Below, in pieces: positions 37,998 through 47,510 of a stretch of 64,000 nucleotides of DNA; the stretch's first letter is position 1; each line of letters begins with the position of its first letter. The position numbers and the translations under genes are program-made. The notes below the pieces were generated by a model. The model ran no database searches. It was given only the letters and a program-made list of their open reading frames with translations, and was not told the DNA's origin. Source of the stretch: Candidatus Poribacteria bacterium (GTDB taxonomy: Bacteria; Poribacteria; WGA-4E; WGA-3G); the NCBI GenBank assembly GCA_965214095.1, contig OZ243938.1:288001-352000 (forward strand), given 5' to 3'.

Positions 37998-38002
37998 ATT
38001 CT

Positions 38003-38081
38003 CAGCATTGTTGGTAGAGAATACTACCCTCTCCGCTTGGAGAGGTCTCTACCATGCCAGTAGTATTGGTAAATAATGCTG
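38003..38081 (+). ncRNA. Structured 5' leader of tnpB (three-way junction with bulge-loop kissing)
   Basis: CAGCATTGTT/AATAATGCTG, GGTAGAGA/TCTCTACC, CCTCTCC/GGAGAGG, TGCCA/TGGTA; bulge ATACTAC is complementary to loop GTAGTAT. Confidence 0.6.
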
Positions 38082-38091
38082 GAGAAAAACA

Positions 38092-39213
38092 ATGCGAACC
38101 TATAAATACAAGATACGCAACCATTCTAAGAACAAACGCTTGGGCAACCTGTTTGATGATCTTGCTGATGTGCACAATCACTTTCTGCGTTTAGAAATGC
38201 GTTATTATCGCAGAAACGGTAAATATGCTGGTAGATATAGGCTGCAACCGCATCTTACGAAGTTGCTCAAGACAACCAAGAAACATTGGGCTTGGATACC
38301 GCGTGACACTTTGGATGCAGCGATTATTCGCATAGATGCTGCATATCAACGTTTCTTTGCTGGTCAAGGCGGACTTCCTAAATTCAAACGTAAACATCGT
38401 TATCGTTCTGCGAAGTTCCAAACAGGCTATAAACTTGAAAATGGACGGGTGCTTATCTCTTTCAAGTCGTGGAATGTCTCCACACAATCTCTGAAATTCA
38501 ATCGTCGCTGGTTTTCTTTTCATCAGCACCGAGACTGGCACGGCACTGTCCGCTATGTTCAAATACTCCGTGATAGTGCCGGTGAATACTGGCTTTACAT
38601 TGTCACCGATGATACTTCTACCGAACCTATGCGACAAACAGGTGAGAGCGTAGGTATAGACTTCGGATTGAAAACATTTTTGACTTTGAGCAACGGTGAA
38701 AAGATACAAGCACCAGAATTCTTGAAACAATCCTTGAAACATCTTCGCAAACTGAATAAAGCTGTGAGTTGTAAAGTCAAAGGGTCTAACAATTGGTGTC
38801 GCGCTATTAGAGAACTCGCCCGGCATCATATCAAGATAGCAAACCAACGGCTTGACTGGCAATGGAAACTTGCTACAGACTTGTGCAGAAGGTTTGATAC
38901 GATTGCTGCTGAAACGTTGAACCTTGACGGTATGAAGCGATTGTGGGGACGTAAAGTCTCCGATCTCGGATTTTACCAGTTTATTCAATTGTTGGCATTC
39001 AAATGTTTCAAACATGATAAACAGTTTCTGCAAATCGGACAATGGACACCTACAACAAAACCTTGTAGCAACTGCGGAGATAAAAACAATAATCTTTCTC
39101 TCAATGATAGGCAGTGGACATGTTCACAATGTAATTCAGAACATGATAGAGATATAAACGCTGCTATCAACATATTACGGGCTGCTTATGATCCCGTTGT
39201 GGAGCAGACGTGA
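38092..39213 (+). CDS. tnpB: RNA-guided endonuclease TnpB
   Basis: RuvC I VGIDFG, RuvC II AAETLN, Zn finger CSNC...CSQC, RuvC III DRDINAAINI; PKFK motif. Confidence 0.95.
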   Translation: MRTYKYKIRNHSKNKRLGNLFDDLADVHNHFLRLEMRYYRRNGKYAGRYRLQPHLTKLLKTTKKHWAWIPRDTLDAAIIRIDAAYQRFFAGQGGLPKFKRKHRYRSAKFQTGYKLENGRVLISFKSWNVSTQSLKFNRRWFSFHQHRDWHGTVRYVQILRDSAGEYWLYIVTDDTSTEPMRQTGESVGIDFGLKTFLTLSNGEKIQAPEFLKQSLKHLRKLNKAVSCKVKGSNNWCRAIRELARHHIKIANQRLDWQWKLATDLCRRFDTIAAETLNLDGMKRLWGRKVSDLGFYQFIQLLAFKCFKHDKQFLQIGQWTPTTKPCSNCGDKNNNLSLNDRQWTCSQCNSEHDRDINAAINILRAAYDPVVEQT

Positions 39214-39327
39214 GACGGGTGTTCTCTTTGGAGAACAACGCTAACTGCTACGAAGCACAAGCTCAATCCTTTAGGTTTGGGTGCTATGACATTGAAAATG
39301 TACTTCTTACATAAGTGCCAACAACTC

Positions 39328-40767
39328 TTATGCTAAAATGTCTTTGACGACATGTCCATGAACATCTGTCAGTCGGAAGTCTCTACCTTGGAACCGATAA
39401 GTCAGTTTTTCATGGTCTATACCTAATAGATGAAGCATTGTTGCGTGGAAGTCGTGAACATGTACGATATTTTCAACAGCATTGTAACCAAGTTCGTCAG
39501 TATTACCGTAGCTAATTCCACCTTGAACACCACCGCCAGCCATCCACATGGAGAAGCCTTTAATGTGGTGGTCACGACCACTTCCTTGTGCCATCGGAGT
39601 CCTTCCAAACTCTCCACCCCATATAACCAAGGTTTCGTCTAACATTCCTCGTTGTTTCAGGTCATTGACGAGAGCTGCAGTTGCTTTATCTACATACCCA
39701 GCAGTTGTTTTTATTGCGTTTTGAATTCCACCGTGATGATCCCATCCTCTATGATAAAGTTGAATAAAACGAACTCCCCGTTCAGCTAATCTTCGTGCAA
39801 GTAAACAGTTGGATGCGTATGAACCATCTCCGGGTTTTGCTCCATACATATCAAGGATTTCCTGTGGCTCTTTAGATATATCGGTTAATTCAGGAACACT
39901 TGTTTGCATACGGAACGCCATCTCATATTGATTGATACGCGTTGCAATCGTTGGGTCGTCAACTGTTTCATTGAGTATACTGTTCAAACTTTGAACTGCA
40001 CCTACCACATCTTCCTGCTGGTCTTTACTTACGCCATCAGGATTTGAGACATAGTGAACTGGATCACCTTTTGAATTGAACTGAACACCTTGGAATTGTC
40101 CGGGTAGAAATCCGCTGTGCCACTGGCGCGTTGCAATCGGTTGGTCTTGTCCACCACCAGAGGAGATAAGAACAACAAAACCGGGAAGGTTTTCATTCTC
40201 GCTACCGAGACCATATAACAACCATGACCCCATACTCGGTCTTCCTGAAATTGCGGTTCCTGTGTTCATGAAGGTGTGTGCAGGGTCATGATTTATCTGT
40301 TCGGTGCGTAAAGAACGCACAATGCAGATATCATCTGCAAGGCTGCCAATGTGAGGAAATGCTGAACTCATCACCTGTCCAGAATCACCAAAATTCTGAA
40401 ATTCATGTGTTGGTCCTAAACACTTAAGTGCATTTGCCTGACCTTGTAGCTGTGCAATCGGTTGTCCTTTTGTGTAGGATCGCGGCATCGGTTTACCATG
40501 CATTTCTGCAAGTTTCGGTTTATAGTCTAATGTCTCTAAATGTGAAGGTCCTCCAGCCATGCAAAGATGTATCACACATTTTGCTTTTGGTTGCACATGA
40601 GGTTCGGTTATGATTCCTTGCCATCGCTCAATCTTTGGGGCTGCATCAACCAACGACGGTGTGAGTAGAGAAGCAAGTGCAACTGACCCGACACCACGGA
40701 CTGTTTTGCCTAAAAATGTGCGTCTTGTGAGACGTAGTTTGGTTTCTTCATTTATACCGTTTGACAT
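39328..40767 (-). CDS. DUF1501 family protein (Tat-exported, sulfatase-like fold)
   Basis: TRRTFL Tat signal; MAGGPSHLETLDYKP, LARRLAERGVRF, WDHH, WGGEFGRTP. Confidence 0.9.
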   Translation of the reverse strand: MSNGINEETKLRLTRRTFLGKTVRGVGSVALASLLTPSLVDAAPKIERWQGIITEPHVQPKAKCVIHLCMAGGPSHLETLDYKPKLAEMHGKPMPRSYTKGQPIAQLQGQANALKCLGPTHEFQNFGDSGQVMSSAFPHIGSLADDICIVRSLRTEQINHDPAHTFMNTGTAISGRPSMGSWLLYGLGSENENLPGFVVLISSGGGQDQPIATRQWHSGFLPGQFQGVQFNSKGDPVHYVSNPDGVSKDQQEDVVGAVQSLNSILNETVDDPTIATRINQYEMAFRMQTSVPELTDISKEPQEILDMYGAKPGDGSYASNCLLARRLAERGVRFIQLYHRGWDHHGGIQNAIKTTAGYVDKATAALVNDLKQRGMLDETLVIWGGEFGRTPMAQGSGRDHHIKGFSMWMAGGGVQGGISYGNTDELGYNAVENIVHVHDFHATMLHLLGIDHEKLTYRFQGRDFRLTDVHGHVVKDILA

Positions 40768-40854
40768 ACAACTGATTCCTCCTTTGCCTAATCAATAGTT
40801 ATCGTAAAGAATACATTCAATCTGTTATAGATTAAAGGTCTGTCGTTATTCTAA

Positions 40855-43800
40855 TTAATATCTCGTAATCGTCTCATGCAGATTTAAAATCACACGAGCA
40901 ACAGATGTCCATGATGCCAATTCAATAGGTTCAACACCTTGCGTTGCGGGAGCTTCACCTATAGCAGCTAATGTGTTTGCTACGCCTGGATTTTCGGTAT
41001 ATTCGCTTTTATGTTTCTCAAATAACTGCGTCATAATCTCAAGCTCTTTCGGTTGAGGTAGCCGTGATAACGCGTGTCGATATGCCCAATTGATTCGCTC
41101 TGTAGGAGTGCCACCACCTTCACGGATTATACGTGCCGCGAGAACACGTGCTGCCTCAACATAAGTCGGATCATTCAACAATGTCAGTGCCTGCATTGGT
41201 GTGTTAGATGTTGATCTTTCGGCAGTGCATTCCTGTCTGCTTGGTGCATCAAATGCCATCATACTCGGATGTAAGAAAGTTCGCTGCCAATGCGTATAAA
41301 GTCCGCGACGATACTGACTCTCCCCTTTATCATGAACATATCTTCGTTTTGGGAAGTTAAGGTTTGAATAGTATCCTACGGGTTGATACGGTCTAACACT
41401 TGGTCCGCCAATTTTGGAAACAAGAAGTCCACTTAACAATAATGCGTTGTCACGAACGATTTCCGCATCAAGCCGCCAACGCGATTGTCGTGCAATAAGT
41501 CTATTGTATGGGTCTTTTTCGCGCAGTACCTCATTTGGTTTTGAGGACTGACGATATGTATTTGAAGAAACAATCAGTTTCACCATCTGTTTGACATTCC
41601 ATCCACTTTCCATAAACTCAACTGCCAACCAATCAAGGAGTTCTGCATGGACTGGTGGTTCACCTTGTGCTCCAAGGTCATCAAGCACGCGAGAGATACC
41701 TGTGCCAAAATAAAGTGCCCAGAGACGATTGACAAAAGCACGTGCCGTCAAAGGATTATTCCTTGACACAACCCAATTTGCGAGATCAAGTCGTGTCGGA
41801 CGACGATTCTTTATATTGAAATCACCCATAAATTCAGGTATCATCGGTTCAACAATGTCACCAGAATCGTCTAACCAATTCCCTCTCGGTAATATTCGGG
41901 TTGTTCGAGGCTGAACTGAAATAGTTGTAAGTGAGAATGGACTTTTTGATCTGATCTCATTTTGACGTTTGTCTAAATCCGAAATCTGTGTGCGGATACC
42001 ATCAAGTGCTGGTGCTATTTGTCGGAAGTAATCTTCAATCTGTTTTCTTTGGTTGGTTGTTCGGACAAACGGATCAACTTGAATAGCATTAATAACAGCA
42101 CCGTCATGAGAATTCCTTGTCACTACACCAACTGTCGTTTCAATACCAGCGACATCCCAATAGGTAGTTCCACCAAATTGTGTGAATGCAATTCCATTCA
42201 GGACACTTCCTGCTTTCAAACCGACTAATGCCGGATCAACTTCAAGACGGACCCATTTTCCCAATTCTGGTAGATCACCCATCGGTTTATGCGCTGGTGT
42301 ATCACTTCCAATGTCTCCATACACTATTTTGTCTTCTCCCCAGAATGCACGGTGGTCCCAACTACCATCGTTCCATTGAAGCATAATTGTCTGAGGTGTG
42401 TTCTCAGGATCTAACCACACATAAGCATATAGAATATCACCTTCGGCAAGTGTGACCTTCCGATTTGCATTGTGGAACGAATGTTGAACAAGTTGATCTG
42501 GTGCAGCAGTTTGTATTCGTGACTTTTCTTTGCTAAAAACAGGTGCTTCAGTTTTATTAACAAATTTCCATGTACCTTCTGTTCTTCCTCCATTTGACTG
42601 TGCATCATCAACCCAAGCGAAATCTGCAGGTTCTGTTGAAGTGAGAAGTGAACGTATCTCTTCCTCCCACTTAGTCTGCTCTGCCTTTAAACCTGGAGAT
42701 GACAACTTAAAGACTTTTCGCAACCTTACTAATTCATCGTCAATCTGATCTAATTCATCCTGTTGCTCTTGAGACGGTAACATCACAACAGGATCCCATT
42801 TGCTTCCACCTCGATATACTCCGGGACCCTCAATATCTGCGAAGAAGGCAGCGAAACTGTAAAAATCTTTAGCTGTAAAAGGATCAAATTTGTGGTCGTG
42901 GCATTGTGCACAACCGAGTGTAGCACCTAACCAAACAGATGCTGTTGTGCGTACTCTATCAGCCGCATAGATTGTGAGATATTCTTTCGCTTGTGCGCCA
43001 CCTTCAGCAGTTGTTTGAATTAGTCTATTATATCCAGATGCTACCTTCTGTTCAGGGCTTGCATTGGGTATTTGATCCCCTGCCAGATTCTCTATTGTAA
43101 ATTGATTAAATGGCATATTCTCATTAAATGCTTTTATTACATAATCACGGTAGGGCCATACGCTCACATTTTCATCGGAATGATAACCACTTGTGTCTGC
43201 ATATCGCACTAAATCGAGCCAGTAGATTGCCATCCGTTCACCGAACTGGGGTTTAGATAGCAAACGGTTAATGAGATTCTCATAAGCATCTGGACTTTCA
43301 TCTCTTATGAACTGATCAACCTCACCGGGTGTTGGTAGTAACCCTGTTAAATCAAAATGCAAACGACGACTGAGTGTGCGTTTATCTGCTTCTGCAGCTG
43401 GTTCAAGTCCTTCTGCGTTCAATGTAGATAATATAAACTGATCAATCGGATTTTTGACCCAATCAGGATTTTCTATTTCTGGAAGTTCACCCCGTTTCGG
43501 AGGAATATATGCCCAATGTTCTTCCCATTCTGCACCTTCGGCAATCCACTGTATTAACGTATCTATCTGTTCTTGTGTTGGTTGACGATTTGAGTTCTGT
43601 GGAGGCATTCGTGTATCTATGTCTTCATGCGTTATTCTCTGAACCAATTCACTTTCTTCAGGTTTACCCGGTACAATTATGGGGTAACCACTTGGTTCAG
43701 AAAAAGCACCTTCTTTAATATCAAGACGTAGGTTCGCTTGTCGTACTGCTGGATCTGGTCCGTGACATGCATAACATTTATCAGATAAAATAGGACGAAT

Positions 43801-43941
43801 ATCACGATCAAATTGGAGTTTCTTCGCTTCAGTGAACTGGGAAAACTGTGTTAGCAACATCAAGATCACAAACAATCCAACCAGACATTTGAACAATTGT
43901 ATTGACGAAAATATCTTTGATTTTTGGTATTTCCAAAACAT
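40855..43941 (-). CDS. DUF1549/DUF1553 (PSD1) and planctomycete cytochrome c domain protein
   Basis: FDRDIRPILSDKCYACHG, CAQCHDHKFDP, WLDLVRYADT, ELLDWLA, TPMQALTLLN. Confidence 0.92.
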   Translation of the reverse strand: MFWKYQKSKIFSSIQLFKCLVGLFVILMLLTQFSQFTEAKKLQFDRDIRPILSDKCYACHGPDPAVRQANLRLDIKEGAFSEPSGYPIIVPGKPEESELVQRITHEDIDTRMPPQNSNRQPTQEQIDTLIQWIAEGAEWEEHWAYIPPKRGELPEIENPDWVKNPIDQFILSTLNAEGLEPAAEADKRTLSRRLHFDLTGLLPTPGEVDQFIRDESPDAYENLINRLLSKPQFGERMAIYWLDLVRYADTSGYHSDENVSVWPYRDYVIKAFNENMPFNQFTIENLAGDQIPNASPEQKVASGYNRLIQTTAEGGAQAKEYLTIYAADRVRTTASVWLGATLGCAQCHDHKFDPFTAKDFYSFAAFFADIEGPGVYRGGSKWDPVVMLPSQEQQDELDQIDDELVRLRKVFKLSSPGLKAEQTKWEEEIRSLLTSTEPADFAWVDDAQSNGGRTEGTWKFVNKTEAPVFSKEKSRIQTAAPDQLVQHSFHNANRKVTLAEGDILYAYVWLDPENTPQTIMLQWNDGSWDHRAFWGEDKIVYGDIGSDTPAHKPMGDLPELGKWVRLEVDPALVGLKAGSVLNGIAFTQFGGTTYWDVAGIETTVGVVTRNSHDGAVINAIQVDPFVRTTNQRKQIEDYFRQIAPALDGIRTQISDLDKRQNEIRSKSPFSLTTISVQPRTTRILPRGNWLDDSGDIVEPMIPEFMGDFNIKNRRPTRLDLANWVVSRNNPLTARAFVNRLWALYFGTGISRVLDDLGAQGEPPVHAELLDWLAVEFMESGWNVKQMVKLIVSSNTYRQSSKPNEVLREKDPYNRLIARQSRWRLDAEIVRDNALLLSGLLVSKIGGPSVRPYQPVGYYSNLNFPKRRYVHDKGESQYRRGLYTHWQRTFLHPSMMAFDAPSRQECTAERSTSNTPMQALTLLNDPTYVEAARVLAARIIREGGGTPTERINWAYRHALSRLPQPKELEIMTQLFEKHKSEYTENPGVANTLAAIGEAPATQGVEPIELASWTSVARVILNLHETITRY

Positions 43942-44131
43942 TTTGGAATATCTCCTCCTCAGAAATTAGTAGAAATAATGACCATATTAACCGATGAATT
44001 TGTATGTCAAGTAATTTACCATAATATATTAATATGTGCAAATCTTATAATGAGTTTACGAATTTCGTTTGATTAATATTATAATTTAAAGTATAATACT
44101 CTAAAGTATATTATAGTAAACTTTTGAATTA

Positions 44132-44453
44132 TAGTTAAAACCATAATTATTTACACACGACGGTAGGTTCGGTTAGGAAACCGAACCATAGGCGTCAATT
44201 TAGTGTAAATTAGGCGTTTTCCCCAGGACGGTAGGTGCGGTTTCCTAACCGCACGGAACCTGTGCGAGAACCTCTATGAAGGTATTTGGCACAAAGCCGG
44301 TTCGGTTAGGAAACCAAACCTACCGGGTTTGGGTAAATGAGAATTACCCGTTTAATAAATTAATCTTCATTTAGGCATTCATCGTATGGCATTCTGCATT
44401 GGTTAGGAAACCGCATCTACCGAGAAGTGCACACGTATTTTTTTATTTCACCA
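44132..44453. mobile_element. MITE (TA-duplication family) containing four REP-like GGTTTCCTAACC palindromes
   Basis: ta|TAGTTAAAACCATAATTATTTACACAC ... GTGCACACGTATTTTTTTATTTCACCA|ta. REP units at ~44161, 44229, 44299 and 44396. Inverted relative of 831-963. Confidence 0.75.
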
Positions 44454-44474
44454 TAATTCAAGAAAGGAGGAAAG

Positions 44475-45905
44475 GTGATGTTTATAAACAGAAAACAAGA
44501 ACTCAACAATTTAGAACAGATGTATCGTGCTAAAGGAGCAGAATTCTTTGTGTTGTATGGAAGACGAAGAATTGGCAAAACTGAACTTCTGAAGCAGTTT
44601 TGTAAAGACAAACGTAGTATCTATTTTCTTGCGAGTCAATTGAAAGAACGTGATCATCTCAATCAAATATTGGAAGTTGCTTTGCATGTAATAAAAGACC
44701 CGTTGCTACAGAATATGACATTCAACGATTGGGAATCTGTTCTTGTTTATTTTGCTCAAAAGGCTGAGGAAGAACCATTAGTCGTAGTCCTGGATGAATT
44801 CCAATATCTATGTGAAGATAATTCAGCACTACCTTCATTAGTCCAAAGGTTTTGGGATTTACATGGGAAAGATAGTAATTTATTCTTGATTCTATGTGGA
44901 TCACACGTCAGTTTCATGGAACGTGAGGTTTTAGCTGAACGTTCTCCTTTATATGGCAGGCGAACCGGTCAGCTTAAGTTGCAACCGTTATCCTACCGTG
45001 ACTGTGGAAGATTTTATCCAGAGTTTTCATCTCGTGAGAAAACACTGATATTTGGTATACTCGGAGGAGTTCCTTCATATCTGAGTCGCTTTACTCTAGA
45101 AAATACAGAACATCTACGTGAAGAATATAATCAATCTATAGAGCAGAACATGATAAATGAATTACTCACGCCTCAAGGTTACCTATTTGATGAGGTTAAT
45201 TTTTTGTTACGAACAGAACTCAGAGAACCCAGAACTTATGCGAGTATATTACAAGCGATAGCAAGTGGTATGACCCGTTTAAACGAAATATCGCAAAGAG
45301 TTGGACTTAACACGACAAGTACAAATAAATACGTGAGTGTTCTGCGAGAATTAGGTTTAGTAAAACGTGTTGTTCCGTTGACTGAACGTGCACCTGACAG
45401 AAGTAAAAAAGGACTGTATAAAATAGCAGATAACTATGTTAAATTTTGGCATAGATTTGTCTTACCTTTTCGAAGTCTTATAGAATCTGGAAATTCAGAT
45501 TTGGTATACAACCGGATGATTGCCCCTAATTTATCCCAATATATGGGAGAAATCTTTGAAGATGTTTGTCGTCAATATGTTGAACTCCATTGGGAGGAAA
45601 AGATAAGAAATGCGCCGAAACGGGTTGGTGCATATTGGGGATCAAATCTTGAAATAGACATAATGACGGAAAATTTAGATGATAGCAACTGGTTTGGTGA
45701 GTGTAAGTGGTGGAAAAGTCTTGTCGGTGAAAATGTCCTCAACAAACTCATAGAAAAAGTTGATTTACTTCCTGAACGCTGGAGAGAAAGAGCAAATTAT
45801 ATGTTGTTTTCGGCTTCCGGTTTTACTGATTCACTAAAACAAAGAGCATTCGATACTGGAGTTATACTCATTGATCTAAATGATCTATATGAAGACAGTA
45901 ATTGA
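44475..45905 (+). CDS. Archaeal-type ATPase (ATPase_2) with wHTH and DUF234/PD-(D/E)xK C-terminus
   Basis: FINRKQEL, YGRRRIGKT, LDEFQY, SPLYGRRT, GGVP, FEDVC, EID...GECKW. Confidence 0.88.
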   Translation: MMFINRKQELNNLEQMYRAKGAEFFVLYGRRRIGKTELLKQFCKDKRSIYFLASQLKERDHLNQILEVALHVIKDPLLQNMTFNDWESVLVYFAQKAEEEPLVVVLDEFQYLCEDNSALPSLVQRFWDLHGKDSNLFLILCGSHVSFMEREVLAERSPLYGRRTGQLKLQPLSYRDCGRFYPEFSSREKTLIFGILGGVPSYLSRFTLENTEHLREEYNQSIEQNMINELLTPQGYLFDEVNFLLRTELREPRTYASILQAIASGMTRLNEISQRVGLNTTSTNKYVSVLRELGLVKRVVPLTERAPDRSKKGLYKIADNYVKFWHRFVLPFRSLIESGNSDLVYNRMIAPNLSQYMGEIFEDVCRQYVELHWEEKIRNAPKRVGAYWGSNLEIDIMTENLDDSNWFGECKWWKSLVGENVLNKLIEKVDLLPERWRERANYMLFSASGFTDSLKQRAFDTGVILIDLNDLYEDSN

Positions 45906-45921
45906 CTAAAATAGGCATAGA

Positions 45922-47340
45922 TTATTTAGGAATGCGTTGATGTGGGTCAATGAAAGTGTTCTTATTATCCTTTTTCCGAGGAGGTGGTAAAGAATCCAAT
46001 TTTGCACGAAGTTTTGAAAGAACTTCAGCATAATTGGGATTGTCTATGAGATTGTTACACTCATTGGGATCGTTGGCAAGGTCAAAGAGCTGGTCTTGCC
46101 ATCCCTTATCCTTGTCAAAGCGGAAATACTTCATATCACTATCTTTTACCATGACAGATGGACCGTTCTGTGCACGCCAGAGTTCACTATAAACAGTATC
46201 ATTCCAATTATCTGCATTTCCTTCTATCAGAGGAACAAGTGATGATCCATCAAGCTCATCAGGCATAGGGATTTCAGCTAAATCACAAAGTGTTGGAAAG
46301 AGATCTACTAATGATACATTTTGTTCTATTATCTTTGGGGAAAGTCCAAATTTCTTTGGATACCAAATTGACAACGGGACTCGGACAGAAGGTTCAAAAT
46401 AACTCTGTTTCTCCCACAGTCCTTTTGTTCCAAGCATTTCACCGTGGTCAGAAAGAAAGACAACGATGAAGTCATCAAGAACATTCAGGTGTTCCATTTT
46501 CTCAATAACTCTACCAAACTGTGCATCCATCCACTCAATCATACCGTAATATGCAGCAGTGGCGCGGTGTGCTTGACGGTAAGTAACATCCTTACCCACT
46601 TTAACACGGAAAAAGTCTGCATAATCGAACTTCTCATTAGGTTCTTCAATAATCGGTTCAACACGTTGCATGTAGTAATTGAACAGGTCAAGCGGACATT
46701 GATATGGATAATGCGGAGCAATCAGACTGACAGCAAGACACAACGGAGCTGCTTTCGGTCGGTCATAGGATGCGTTGACAAAATATTCTTCAAGAAAAAG
46801 TAAGGCACCGTCCACATTATATTGATCGTGTAGCATCCAATGTCCTATCCCTGGTTGTGCATCCCGTATCTCTTGTGCACACTTATCTCGTTTCATTCCT
46901 GTTCCGGGTTCACGTTCAATCTGTGCAGTGTGTTCATCTTTTACAGCGGGATAGGGATAGCCATTGTTACCGATAATATCACGACCAATTCGTTCATGCC
47001 ATCCGTGCATGACATCAGTTCCCACAAAATGCATTTTGCCAGCACAACATGAATAATATCCATAGTTTCCTAATTGACCTGGAATAGTTCGCACCTCTGT
47101 CGGCATAGGGTCACCGAAGTTTAGACATCCACTATTCCGTGGATAGAGTCCGGAGAGAAAACTTTGTCGTGCAGGTACACAGACTGGTGAAGGTGTATAA
47201 GCATTGCGAAAGTAGGTCCCTTCATCCATAAAGCGAGAAAGTGTGGGTGTTCGGATAGCCGTGTCACCTTCTATTGGTAATATATCTGGTCGGTGTTCAT
47301 CGTTGATGAGTAATAGAATATGCGGTTTGTTTTGTGACAT
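45922..47340 (-). CDS. Sulfatase (choline-sulfatase-like)
   Basis: DEHRPD, CVPARQSFLSG (CxPxR), GKMHF, APHYP, SDHGEMLG, K..FEPSVRVP. Confidence 0.93.
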   Translation of the reverse strand: MSQNKPHILLLINDEHRPDILPIEGDTAIRTPTLSRFMDEGTYFRNAYTPSPVCVPARQSFLSGLYPRNSGCLNFGDPMPTEVRTIPGQLGNYGYYSCCAGKMHFVGTDVMHGWHERIGRDIIGNNGYPYPAVKDEHTAQIEREPGTGMKRDKCAQEIRDAQPGIGHWMLHDQYNVDGALLFLEEYFVNASYDRPKAAPLCLAVSLIAPHYPYQCPLDLFNYYMQRVEPIIEEPNEKFDYADFFRVKVGKDVTYRQAHRATAAYYGMIEWMDAQFGRVIEKMEHLNVLDDFIVVFLSDHGEMLGTKGLWEKQSYFEPSVRVPLSIWYPKKFGLSPKIIEQNVSLVDLFPTLCDLAEIPMPDELDGSSLVPLIEGNADNWNDTVYSELWRAQNGPSVMVKDSDMKYFRFDKDKGWQDQLFDLANDPNECNNLIDNPNYAEVLSKLRAKLDSLPPPRKKDNKNTFIDPHQRIPK

Positions 47341-47389
47341 AGTAGTTTCCAAAGATATGTGTAATGAATTAACATCAAAAATTACATTA

Positions 47390-47488
47390 TAGTGAATTAT
47401 GAATACAAGTTGACACTTTCGTCCCACGGTAGGCGAGGTTTCCTAACCTCGCCGATGCAGAGTGTTCAAGTATTCTTAAAATCTACTA
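47390..47488. mobile_element. ~100-bp MITE (TA-duplication family) with a single REP-like hairpin
   Basis: ta|TAGTGAATTAT ... AAATCTACTA|ta. Internal GTAG-GCGAGGTT-TCCT-AACCTCGC. Copy at 51357-51455. Confidence 0.78.
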
Positions 47489-47510
47489 TAATTGTAGTGT
47501 GTCTATTCCA

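Larger units (their letters stand above)
37909..39291 (+). mobile_element. Non-autonomous IS200/IS605-family element (IS1341-like, tnpB only)
   Basis: Related subterminal hairpins at both ends (CCCAATCCTTTAGGTTTCGG at ~37924; CTCAATCCTTTAGGTTTGGG at ~39262). tnpB is the only gene, no tnpA. Exact ends uncertain by a few nt. Confidence 0.8.

Noticed and set aside
38003-38081. HDV-like or hammerhead ribozyme in the tnpB leader
   Set aside because: Strand order resembles HDV, but P3/L3 sizes do not fit and P1.1 is not evident. There is no CUGANGA/GAAA hammerhead core.
38191-39042. 283-aa ORF antisense to tnpB
   Set aside because: Shadow frame of tnpB with no recognisable motifs. It is not a Y1 or serine TnpA.
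44132-44453. Four similar palindromic repeats that could be read as a CRISPR array
   Set aside because: Mixed orientation, irregular spacing, enclosed by TIRs, dispersed copies elsewhere and no cas genes. These are REP-like units.
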